Positions 1 through 11,945 of a stretch of DNA of 64,000 nucleotides are shown piece by piece (within the stretch, counting starts at the first letter, position 1; every line of letters begins with the position of its first letter). Where the stretch lies: the NCBI GenBank assembly GCA_950097015.1, contig CATNEN010000038.1:9052001-9116000 (forward strand). The letters run 5' to 3'. The translations under genes were made by a program, and so were the position numbers. The stretch comes from Macrostomum hystrix (Eukaryota; Animalia; Platyhelminthes). A model generated the notes under the pieces. That model was not told the origin of the DNA, did no database searches, and saw only the letters and a program-made list of their open reading frames with translations.

Positions 1-1006
1 AATTCAAAGTACAAATAAAGATGATCTATACTTATCTCTAGATTATATTCAGCTATCTCGTTATAAATTTCGAGAAAAGTTCTACATGTGCCATCTAGTT
101 TTTGCGTCCTTTTATTGTCTCCAACCGTTCAGAAAAATTTTAGAGAAGAAACTCCTAAATTTAACGGATAACAATGTGAGCTGCCTGCATACAGTGCATT
201 AGCAACAATGATTCCCTCCTGACCAACCTTATTTACTTCTATTTTGTTTATTAGCAAACTATTCGACTACTCTTTCGGTATACATTTTATAGCAGTCAAG
301 GACAGTTTAAGTAGTTGTAATATATAAAATATGTAACGTAACTTATGTTCGCCTTGACAGTTGTATGAGGACGCAGTGGGATACGAAGAATGGGATATAT
401 ATTAACTACATGTAGCCAACCAAATGACTAATCAGTCCACGTAGTGTATGTATCTGTGGATATGCACCATTCACCATTATTAAAAAAAATGCAGTGGCTG
501 CTAATGTGAAAGAAAGAATTGCCAAACCCTACTTTGAGCAATCGCCTAGTTTATCGATCTTTGAATAAAAACGTTTGTGTCGATCTTTTGCCGTAGACGT
601 TCATATTTTGCCGTGTTTTTAACTGAACACGTGCATCAATACGGACATTCATTTCCTGGAAATATTTTAGACTATGTTTAAAATATTTAATCGAGTCGCC
701 GAGATGTAATAGCTATTTTCATATGCTTGAGCTAAGTACCACACTAACAAGGTACCAAAACTCCCTGAAAGTTGAATAGTTATATTTGAAATAAATTGCT
801 TATTCATTCGACAGACAACATAGTATGTGTTGCAATAATATTCTAATCTAGTTGTACGAACCAAATTTTATGTTTTATTGCCAAGCCTAAGTTTTCCATT
901 GGCATTACTCTAGAGTCTAGCTATCATTGATTCATTCCATTAGTGCAGGCATTGTAACTAAGTAACAAATAAAAGAATAGCTACTTAGCTAGCCTATCTT
1001 TGCTTA

Positions 1007-1648
1007 GGGTAATGTATCATCAACCAAACAAGAATGTGTATTTTTTTAACTTCAAACCTAAGCTACAAATTTTCTATTTAAGATATGATGATAAATCAAA
1101 AGCCAAGTTATAGAAAACAGTTACATCTTTTTAAAAAGTATCTGCTTTTGCTATTTTATCAAATAGAAAAAAGTTATTCCTGCTTTTTATCTAAAACCAA
1201 ACAATGATTTTCATGTATCTTCAAACCAAACAGAGAATTAGATGTTTGGTTTTACAATTTGAGTGAGTGGTTTAATCTTATTTTAAGGAGTGAACTATCA
1301 TGAATTATGTAATTTGAAAGCTTTTTTCATGCTCTATAAATAACTACATTTATGGTCATTTAATTGGCAAGCAACCACATACAATCTTCGTCTAAAGTAA
1401 ATACTGAAAAAATGTTGTTAAAAAGTATGCTTTTGCAATAAAAATTTCTACTGAAACATCAATATCTTTCTTTCCTCTTAATGCTTCATTGCAAATCATG
1501 TCTCAGCTTGTAGATAATTTCTTCAACTTTCAAATTAGTTGTTCTATGAAACACAATAGCTTGTTTCTGTCTTGCACGAGACCAAGGAAGAAGTCAAAAT
1601 TCTTGTTCGGTTTTGAAGATACACTGTTCGGTTGATGATACATTACCC
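1007..1648. mobile_element. Non-autonomous TIR element (~640 bp) flanked by TA
   Basis: GGGTAATGTATCATCAACCAAACA at 1007-1030 matches the reverse complement of 1625-1648 at 23/24; TA on both outer sides; no ORF. Confidence 0.7.
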
Positions 1649-2160
1649 TACAACTACAAAAATTATTTTAGCCTTGTATACATTGTGCACCCACTTTTTG
1701 GGTTTTGTGGTCATTCACAATCACAATTGTGTAGTTTTCAGCCAAACAAGCTATAGTTAGGCCTATTACAATTACAACTTATTAGTAACAACTATTTTTA
1801 GGAAAAAGTTTATTTGGACTACAACACACATCACATCATAGACACAAGACATAGGTCATAGACTTAACATAACATAAACATACATATGTTTGTAACATAG
1901 ACATAGACATAAACATAAGCCAGTTTTATAAATTTGATAGTAGGCCTATTTTACAAGATTATGAGTAGGCCTAGGCTGTATCATGTTGCATGGTATGGCA
2001 GATCTAAAAATTGCTTAGCTTAGCTAAGAATATTAAATGTTAGCAGTAAACAATACTGTTTGATAATTTTTCAAAAAATAGGCCTAAACAATAGAGTTCT
2101 GCCATGACTAGGCCTATAGATCCGGCTATGATAAGTTATGGATATGTATATGGATATGGA

Positions 2161-2449
2161 CATACATGCACAACTTCCCAAATCTTAGCCGGCTGTGTGA
2201 TTTAGTTTTTGCTCTATTTATGACTTAGTTTGCTCTCATTTGCGACTTAGTTTGTTTCATTAATTTACAACTTAGTTTGCTCTTATTTGCTCTCTTTTTC
2301 TCTCCCCTTTTTCCTTTTCTTCACACCTCCCTTTTTTGTCCCTTGGTCCCCCCTTTGATTTTTTTGCGCTTGGTTGATTGGTTTTTGCGACTTACCTTGC
2401 TTGGCCCTCATTTCACCTGGCCGGGCTGGCCGGGTGTTGCGCATGTATG
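2161..2449. mobile_element. hAT-type MITE copy 1
   Basis: 14-bp TIR CATACATGC(A/G)CAAC...GTTGCGCATGTATG; 8-bp TSD GATATGGA at 2153-2160 and 2450-2457. Confidence 0.85.
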
Positions 2450-2460
2450 GATATGGATAT

Positions 2461-2741
2461 CATACATGCGCAACCTCCCAAATCTTAGCCGGCCTTGCAA
2501 CTTAGTTTTTGCTCTCATTTGCGACTTAGTTCATTTCATTGCTCTATTTACGACTTAGTTTGCTCTCATTTGCTCTCTTTTTCTCTCCCCTTTTTCCTTT
2601 TCTTCACGCCTTCCTTTTTTGTCCCTTGGTCCCCCCTTTGATTTTTTTGCACTTGGTCGATTGGTTTTTGCAACTTACCTTGCTTGGCCCTCGTTTCACC
2701 CGGCCGGTTCGGCCGGCTCGGCCGGGTGTTGCGCATGTATG
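2461..2741. mobile_element. hAT-type MITE copy 2 (same family)
   Basis: Perfect 14-bp TIR CATACATGCGCAAC; 8-bp TSD ATGGATAT at 2453-2460 and 2742-2749; body aligns to copy 1. Confidence 0.85.
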
Positions 2742-4193
2742 ATGGATATGATTATGGGAAATTAATCTAGTTTCTATATCTTGAGTTCTCAAATATAGTT
2801 TGCACTGAAGTGATGTTAGTAAAACAAATTGCACAGATACAATAAAGACAACAAGAAAATATAGAAATATTTAAAGCTTTTTAGAAAGAAAACTTTTGAT
2901 TGTTAGTAGGGATGTAAAGATGAACAAGATGTCACAAGATTTGTTACAAAGGTACTTCTTTAGACTGCCTATGATAGATGCTCTTAATTCCCTTCTGTGG
3001 CATTGCAAGCTTCATCTCCTAATATTTTAATTCAATGTGTCGGTTGTAGGTTAGTGGGGAGATGGTTTCACCTAAACCTTTTGATTCTCAGGAAGGGCTT
3101 GAAATGTCATTGGCCACACTATCTTTATAGTCTACTCACTTTTATTGAGTAGAAAAATACTTAAAAGAAAACAAATGAAAAACAAAAATCCATGAACCAT
3201 GAAATGCATTATAAGGAAGTTGTGCCATGCAGAGAACAGAATACAGTACAGAGAGAAAACAATGGTAACATGTATAACTTAAACATTGTAATACTTTGTT
3301 GCAATATATATACATGCAATCTCTATCTAAAAAGTAGCTAGTTAGCATGTTTAATTCTAACAGCTTAATGTCTAGTATAAAAACCACTGATTTAGTTATT
3401 ATTACAGCCTTAAATAAAAAACCTGGTTTCTTAATAAGTTTTCTAAAGAGTGCAACTTTATTGATATTTAGAATTAGAATCCCATAGAATAGGGTTATTA
3501 ATTAACTTTACTATGATGTTAACATTAATATGATTATAAATAGCATTATGTTCTATAAATTGTTGTGTACACCATGCAGATATAGTAGAATTTGCCTTAA
3601 GATATTTAGTTTTAGACATTTAGAGTTGTTTATACAATACTCACAATGTTAAAAATGGTAATAAAGCAGAAAACTTAACCTCCCATTGCTTACAAAAGTA
3701 TTCAATTCTTTTTTGCTTTAAAGTAGCTGAAGTAGATAACAAGAAAGTGTTTTTTTTTTAAAAACAATTTCTAACCTTAAATTTTTTATCCGAGTCGCTT
3801 GTATTAATATTTGATATTTATCTTAAAATATTTCATAATTTTCAAAAGCTACAAATCTAAATTTTAAACTATATTTGTCATAGTTTAAGTTTAATTGCCT
3901 TAATTGCAGTAGACATATTAGTGAGAATATTATTAGTTAGCAACTTTTACATAGCCAAAATGAAATTATTATATCGTAACCAATGTTTTAGATTTTTTGG
4001 TATAATAACTATTATCATTTTTTTATATTGCTAGTTATTTTGCACATTTTTGAGTGCTTTTGTCATCATGAGTGTTTTTAAAACGTGACAGATAATTATA
4101 CACAGTTAAAGTTTTATAAATCTGATTTATAACAGCAATCTAAATGTGTATCCTCAGCAACTGGCCAGCCAAAATCCCGGCCACGTGTTCAGG

Positions 4194-7100
4194 ATGAACA
4201 GTCCCAAATCCCAGTGTCAACAGTCGGCATCTTCAGTCAGCGCCAAGCTGAAGCAGCACAAACGCAAACTGGCCGACCTGCGGGCCAACCATGCCCGGCT
4301 GCAGACTGAGCACGCCGACTGCCGGCTGCTAATTAGCTCTCTGCGGGAACAGAACGCCATGCTGGAGTCTAAGGTAACCTCGGCTGGCGTCTCGGCTGCT
4401 TCCAGTACCTGTGGCGGCGGCGGCGGCGGGGGCAGCACCAGACAGTCCTACCTGGTGAAGGAGAACGAATACCTTATGCGACAGCTGGATAGCCTGCTTT
4501 CCGCTACCAATTCTCGACGGCCTAGCGGTAGCGAAGACGCAGCTTCCGGTAAGTAACTGGCTAAGCGGATGGTCTTGTAATTGGCTTAGCCTATGGGAAG
4601 CCTTGCCCTGAGCTTAGCCTTGATACCCGACCAGCACCTTGAAGTTGGCCCCTTTAGCTACGATTCGCAGCTCTTTGTGCCAGGATTTAGGATTAGCCGT
4701 CTCTTGATCTAGGATTTAGGATTACCGGTTCTTGTGCCAGGATTTAGGATTAGCCGTCTCTTGATCTAGGATTTAGGATTACCGGTTCTTGTGCCAGGAT
4801 TAGTTCAGACACTGGTTTCGTAATTACAAATGGATTAATGGAGGATTAATTTTTACTAAAGAATTAGCAGTCAAAATATTGTTAGCAGCCTTTAGAGGAT
4901 TATCTGCTCCTAGAGTTAATAGAGCTTTATTAAAGTAATATTGCAACCCGCATGACGATTTTCCCCAATGCTCAAACGCAGGCTCTTCATTCCACTCGGC
5001 TGCCGCGTCCTCCGTGGCGGCTGCCTCCGTGCAGACTGATTCAGCCGCCGTCTCTTCAACTGCCGCCAGCGACACCGCTGAGTCGTTGGCCAGACTGACC
5101 GGTGAAATCGGCGACCTACTCGATCAACTGCGCGACGGTCGAGAACGAGAGGAGGCCCTGCGCTGCAAGCTGGTCACGGCTGAGGAGCGGCTGGCCTTCG
5201 TGCGCGAGGAGAAAAAAGAGCTGCAAAGGCGGGCGGATCGCTACCTGGACGAGAAGCTGGAGAAAGCGGAGGCTCTGGACGAAGCTAAAGTGGTGAGTTA
5301 GCCTGAGATTGTACTAGAGATCTGGTAGCTTCCCGTAGCATCTGATAGCTTCCCGTAGCATCTGGTAGCTTCCCGTAGCATCTGGTAGGTTCCCGTAGCA
5401 TCTGGTAGCTTCCCGTAGCATCTGGTAGCTTCCCGTAGCTCGTTGATTTTAACAGCTTCCAGTAGACAATAACACCTTCCCATAGACTATAACAGCTTCC
5501 CATAGACTATAACAGCTTCCCATAGACTATAACAGCTTCCCATAGACTATAACAGCTTCCCATAGACAATAACACCTTCCCATAGACTATAACAGCTTCC
5601 CATAGACTATAACAGCTTCCCATAGACAATAACACCTTCCCATAGACTATAACAGCTTCCCATAGACTATAACAGCTTCCCATAGACTATAACAGCCGCC
5701 AATAGACTATAGCAGCTTCCAATAGACAAGCAGCATCCCATAGACAATAACACCTTCCCATAGACTATAACAGCTTCCCATAGACTATAACAGCTTCCCA
5801 TAGACTATAACAGCTTCCCATAGACTATAACAGCCGCCAATAGACTATAGCAGCTTCCAATAGACAAGCAGCATCCCATAGACAATAACACCTTCCCATA
5901 GACTATAACAGCTTCCCATAGACTATAACAGCTTCCCATAGACTATAACAGCCGCCAATAGACTATAGCAGCTTCCAATAGACAAGCAGCTTCCCATAGA
6001 CAATAACACCTTCCCATAGACTATAACAGCTTTCGATACACTATAGGAGCTTCCCATACACTATAGCAACTGCGCAAATACTATAGCAGCTGTCCATAGA
6101 CTATACCACCTCCACATAACATTCAATGGCTTTCATCACACAACTAAAAAAGCACTTGCGATTCTTCATAACTTTAGATTATTGTATGTATGGTACGCCC
6201 AGCATTAGTTCTTCTAATTCCCGGGCATCCAAGTTTATTTCTTTGATTAGCGATTCTGCCCACATGCCGATAAAAATCTGCGCCGCAGGAGCTTCAGCGC
6301 CTCGCAGCCGCCCTTACCGAAGCCGAGTCGAGGCTTTCCGACGCCACGCGGTCCGCCTCGGAAGCTTCCGTTAGCGCCGACGAGCGCGCAACAGCGGCTA
6401 TAAAGCGCGCCGAAGAGCGCGCCGCTGTCTCTATTAAGCGCGCCGAGGAGCGCGCCGCCCAAGCCGAAGAGCGCGCCCTCCGTGCCGAAGCGTCTTTAGC
6501 GGAGGCGCAGCGGCGCCAGGTTGCGGCCGCCGACGCCGAGAAGCGCTCCCTGATGTCCCGCTGTCGGGAGGCCGAGAAGCTCGCCGCGGAGCGAGAGCAG
6601 GCTCTGCGCGAGCTGGACATCCGGCTTGGCCGGGCTACGGCCGAGGCCGAGGCTCAGGCACGCGAAGCCCGCTCGGCCAAGGAGCGGCTGGCTGTCCAGG
6701 AGGCCAGCCGAAGTCGGGCGGCCGAGTCGACAGCGGCCGCAGTGGCCGATGCTGAGCGCCAACTGGCTGAGGAGCGGCGAAAAGTGGCCGGCTTCGAGCA
6801 GGCGCAGGCAGCCGCCAAGGAGATGATTGCGGACCTGCAGGAGAAGACTGCTGTGCTCAGCGACCAGCTGCTGGTGAGAACTGTTAAGATGATTTCAATC
6901 ATAGAGTTTACTCCTAAAGTTCTAGAATCAAGGGTAGCTTGTTGCCCAGTGATATGAGCTTTGGACCTCTGACCAAGAGAGCAGAAATTTGGGTTCCCGT
7001 GTGCCAGACTGAAGACTTAACTATCCCCGAGTGCCAGTATCGAGAGTTCACTCTCCCCCGAGTGCCAGAATCGAGAGTTCACTCTCCCCCGAGTGCCAGA

Positions 7101-10100
7101 ATCGAGAGTTCACTCTCCCCCGAGTGCCAGAATCGAGAGTTCACTCTCCCCCGAGTGCCAGAATCGAGAGTTCACTCTCCCCCGAGTGCCAGAATCGAGA
7201 GTTCACTCTCCCCCGAGTGCCAGAATCGAGAGTTCACTCTCCCCCGAGTGCCAGAATCGAGAGTTCACTCTCCCCCGAGTGCCAGAATCGAGAGTTCACT
7301 CTCCCCCGAGTGCCAGAATCGAGAGATCACTCTCCCCCCCCCCCGAGTGCCAGAATCGAGAGTTCGCTCTCCCCCGAGTGCCAGAATCGAGAGTTCGCTC
7401 TCCCCCGAGTGCCAGAATCAAGAGTTCACTCTCCCCCGAGTGCCAGAATCGAGAGATCACTCTCCCCCCCCGAGTGCCAGAATCGAGAGTTCGCTCTCCC
7501 CCGAGTGCCAGAATCAAGAGTTCACTCTCCCCCGAGTGCCAGAATCGAGAGATCACTCTCCCCCCCGAGTGCCAGAATCGAGAGTTCACTCTCCCCCCTA
7601 GAGCCAGAATCGAGAGTTCACTCTCCCCCCGAGAGCCAGAATCGAGAGTTCACTCTCCCCCCGAGTGCCAGAATCGAGAGATCACTCTCCCCCGAGTGCC
7701 AGAATCGAGAGTTCACTCTCCTCCGAGTGCCAGAATCGAGAGTTCACTCTCCCCCGAGTGCCAGAATCGAGAGATCACTCTCCCCCCGAGTGCCAGAATC
7801 GAGAGATCACTCTCCCCCCGAGAGCCAGAATCGAGAGTTCACTCTCCCCCCGAGAGCCAGAATCGAGAGATCACTCTCCCCCGAGTGCCAGAATCGAGAG
7901 TTCACTCTCCTCCGAGTGCCAGAATCGAGAGTTCACTCTCCCCCGAGTGCCAGCATCGAGAGATCACTCTCCCCCCCGAGTGTCAGAATCGAGAGTTCAC
8001 TCTCCCCCGAGTGCCAGAATCGAGAGATCACTCTCCCCCCCCCCGAGTGTCAGAATCGAGAGTTCACTCTCCCCCGAGTGCCAGCATCGAGAGATCACTC
8101 TCCCCCCCCCCGAGTGCCAGAATCAAGAGTTCACTCTCCCCCCGAGTGCCAGAATCAAGAGTTCACTCTCCCCCGAGTGCCAGAATCGAGAGTTCACTCT
8201 CCCCCGAGTGCCAGAATCGAGAGTTCACTCTCCTCCGAGTGCCAGAATCGAGAGTTCACTCTCCCCCGAGTGCCAGAATCGAGAGTTCACTCTCCCCCGA
8301 GTGCCAGAATCGAGAGATCACTCTCCCCCCCCCGAGTGTCAGAATCGAGAGTTCACTCTCCCCCGAGTGCCAGAATCGAGAGATCACTCTCCCCCCCCCG
8401 AGTGTCAGAATCGAGAGTTCACTCTCCCCCGAGTGCCAGAATCGAGAGTTCACTCTCCCCCGAGTGCCAGAATCGAGAGATCACTCTCCCCCCCCCCGAG
8501 TGCTAGAATCAAGAGTTCACTCTCCCCCCGAGTGCCAGAATCAAGAGATCACTCTCCCCCCCCCGAGTGTCAGAATCGAGAGTTCACTCTCCCCCGAGTG
8601 CCAGAATCGAGAGTTCACTCTCCTCCGAGTGCCAGAATCGAGAGTTCACTCTCCCCCGAGTGCCAGAATCGAGAGTTCACTCTCCCCCGAGTGCCAGAAT
8701 CGAGAGATCACTCTCCCCCCCCGAGTGTCAGAATCGAGAGTTCACTCTCCCCCGAGTGCCAGAATCGAGAGATCACTCTCCCCCCCCCCCCGAGTGTCAG
8801 AATCGAGAGTTCACTCTCCCCCGAGTGCCAGAATTGAGAGATCACTCTCCCCCCCCGAGTGCCAGAATCAAGAGTTCACTCTCCCCCGAGTGCCATAATC
8901 AAGAGTTCATTCTCCGTAGCTCAGTAACGTGTGAATTTCCCTTAGTTACAAGCCTATCTGTTCTTCGCACTGATTTTCAGTCGACCCAGGCCCAGCTCGA
9001 CCGTCGCCAGCAGGCCGCGGCTTCGGAGGCCGCCGCCCAGGTGGCCGATTTGCGTGCCTCACTGGCCGCCGAGCGTCAGCGGGCCATCAAAGCCGAGGCC
9101 GAAGCTCAGCGAATTTCTCAGCGCCTTCGGCAGGCGGAGGCGGACTGTACATCGGCCCAGCGCAGTCATCAGGCGGCTAGGGACGAGTGGCAAACCCGGG
9201 CCTACCAACTTGAGCAGACCTGCGCCCAGCAGCTCAAGCTGATCGACTATTTGAGACCGTTCGAAGAGCAACTGTCTAATTGTCGGTGCAAGGCTAAGAA
9301 GGTTGTGCGGGTGCTTGGCCAGGTCAGTGGAAACTTGCAGATTCATGCGAGTCTATATGCGTACGTAGGATGCCTACTGATGTACTTTTGTAGTGATGTA
9401 CTTGTGCGTGTGTTAACTGATGTACCTGTGTGTGTGATAGCTGATGTACTTGTAGGTGTGATAACTGATGTACTTGTGGGTGTGATAACTGATGCACTTG
9501 TGGGTGTGATAACAGATGTACTTGTGTGTGTGATAGCTGATGTACTTGTGGGTGTGATAACAGATGTACTTGTGGGTGTGATAACTGATGTACTTGTGGG
9601 TGTTACAACTGATGTACTTTTAGTTACTACAGCCAACTATGCATTCGCACAGCCAAACTACAGCTAAATGCACAAAAAAGCAATTATTTTTGTCCGTTGA
9701 CCAAAATAATTTTTTTAGATTTTTAAGATTTTTACATTTTGTGAGTCAAAATAGCAAAATTTGGAGTCAGCATTAGTATGTGCTCATGGTACCATTGTTC
9801 TTATGAATGATAAGCTTTCTGTGTGACTAGTTTGACTGTGAAAAAAGCTGGTGTAGTTCCCACACAGTCTGCAGGGTGATAACACCCGCCATTACCCCCT
9901 GTTATCAGGGCCGGGTACTTGTAGTTTGCTGGTATTCTGTTAGACACCCGAGCCGCATTTTTTCGGTCCATTTTTTCAGTGGAACTCCGCCGCGTTGTCG
10001 ACCCCGGTTCGAACCGCTGCCTCCGTCATGGCGCCGCCCCAGCCTGAACCCGGCCCTTCAGCGCAGAAGCCGCATCAGCAAGCTGGCAGCATCAGCAGCA

Positions 10101-10171
10101 GCAGTACATATGCAAGCGCTGGTAATTCAGCTGTTAGGTTTTCTTTTGCAACACCGCGCGGCAAACCTTAA
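4194..10171 (+). CDS. Coiled-coil protein of unknown family, 5 coding exons
   Basis: Exons 4194-4548, 4982-5292, 6289-6873, 8981-9322, 9980-10171. All GT-AG, phases 1,0,0,0 consistent. A/E/R/Q/L-rich heptad-like sequence; TAA overlaps AATAAA at 10170. Last exon least certain. Confidence 0.75.
4677..4800. repeat. ~58-bp tandem duplication in intron 1
   Basis: GTGCCAGGATTTAGGATTAGCCGTCTCTTGATCTAGGATTTAGGATTACCGGTTCTT, about 2 copies. Confidence 0.85.
5320..6110. repeat. Two adjacent 20-bp minisatellites in intron 2
   Basis: TCTGGTAGCTTCCCGTAGCA (~6 copies), then AACAGCTTCCCATAGACTAT (~30 copies). Confidence 0.95.
7025..8915. repeat. 31-bp minisatellite in intron 3
   Basis: CGAGAGTTCACTCTCCCCCGAGTGCCAGAAT, roughly 60 copies with a variable C tract. 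Confidence 0.97.
9375..9620. repeat. 24-bp minisatellite in intron 4
   Basis: ACTGATGTACTTGTGGGTGTGATA, ~10 copies. Confidence 0.92.
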
Positions 10172-10447
10172 TAAATAGACCCGACTAACTTAGCAATTTA
10201 ATATTATAACAAATTTACACCATTGTTCGCAACAAATAACAGAAATTGGTATCGGACATTTGGCCAGCGTGCAATTCGCTATAGTGCGACTTACAAAGCT
10301 AGCAAAGTAACGAATAGTAAGCCTGTAAAAGTAACGAATTTTAAAGCCATCGAAAAGTAGTGTTTGATTTATCGATCAAATCGACGCATCTTTTAGATAT
10401 TAAGGTAAAAATTAAGCAAGCTGAATAGCGGTTTAGTTTATCAATAT

Positions 10448-11035
10448 AAAGTAACGATTCATATAGTCATCAAAGTAACGATTCGTATAGTCATCAAAGT
10501 AACGATTCGCATAGTCATCAAAGTAACGATTCGTATAGTCATCAAAGTAACGATTCGCATAGTCATCAAAGTAACGATTCGTATAGTGATCAAAGTAACG
10601 ATTCGTATAGTGATCAAAGTAACGATTTGTATAGTGATCAAAGTAGCGATTCGTCTAGTGATCAAAGTAACGATTCGTATAGTGATCAAAGTAACGATTT
10701 GTATAGTGATCAAAGTAGCGATTCGTCTAGTGATCAAAGTAACGATTCGTATAGTCATCAAAGTAACGATTCGTATAGTCATCAAAGTAACGATTCGTAT
10801 AGTCATCAAAGTAACGATTCGTATAGTCATCAAAGTAACGATTCGTATAGTCATCAAAGTAACGATTCGTATAGTCATCAAAGTAACGATTCGTATAGTC
10901 ATCAAAGTAACGATTCGTATAGTCATCAAAGTAACGATTCGTATAGTCATCAAAGTAACGATTCGCATAGTCATCAAAGTAACGATTTGTATAGTGATCA
11001 AAGTAACGATTCGTATAGTCATCAAAGTAACGATT
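10448..11035. repeat. 24-bp intergenic minisatellite
   Basis: CAAAGTAACGATTCGTATAGTCAT, ~24 copies; decayed units in both flanks. Confidence 0.95.
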
Positions 11036-11737
11036 ATTTTAGCGATCAAACTAATAAACAAATTAAGCAAGCTAAGTAGCGGTGTAATTTAGCGAATTAA
11101 AGTTTTACGATTATGCTGTCAAAGTAACAATTTAGCAAGCTGTAACATCACCAATTATTTAGGCGCTCAATGTAGCGTGTCAAATAGCATGTTTTTTGTC
11201 TCAGATGTGTCAAAGCTATTTAGTATCAGGCAGTCTGTTTTGCTTTCTAATTAGGTTCCGATTGTACAGCATTTTTATCATTTTCATTATGATATAATTC
11301 TCAATGCACTTTCTGTAGGCTGTAGACAATGCATATAGTTTTTTTACTCACAATTTTATTATCTATATTTCTATTATTTTGAAAGCTTTCGGTCGGTTAT
11401 CATTCGCAATATTCTACAATCTATTTTTTATATTTATTTTTGTCAAATAGAAAGCATTTTTACATCAACTCAATTGCAAGTTACTTTGCACTAAAATGTA
11501 TTCTGTCCTAGTTCAGCTGATAGTGCAGTTGAAAAGATATTTATAGACACTACCGTCATTATACGCATGCTAAATACTAGTATCCATATTTTTTATTCCT
11601 AACTTTTTATTGCTCAAAGTAAAAATGCGCATTTCACTGTTCCCAGGCAATGGGAAACAATTATTAACTCCAATACGATCAATTATTACTCAGTGCTTTG
11701 GTGAAAATGCACTTTTTACTTGCAAGTTCTAGAAATT

Positions 11738-11890
11738 GCTGGGGTAGGCAGTAATGGGGTAGGCAGTGCTTGGGGCAGGCATTTATGGGGTAGGCAGTGC
11801 TGGGGCAGGCATTTATGGGGTAGGCAGTGCTTGGGGTAGGCACTAATGGAGTAGGCAGTGCTGGGGCAGGCATTTATGGAGTAGGCAGTG
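11738..11890. repeat. ~30-bp G-rich minisatellite upstream of RNFT start
   Basis: GGGGTAGGCAGTGCTGGGGCAGGCATTTAT, ~5 copies. Confidence 0.85.
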
Positions 11891-11945
11891 TTCTCGCTGG
11901 TGTCTTAAGTGTCTCAACTGATTCCAGCAGCTGTCAAGCCACAGA

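Noticed and set aside
6939-8898. Long ORFs (up to 601 aa) in the 31-bp array, and similar ORFs at 10459-11092, 21044-22417, 25931-26800, 31453-31942, 35939-36466 and 62484-63289
   Set aside because: Stop-free translations of tandem repeats, open in several frames, lying inside introns or spacers.
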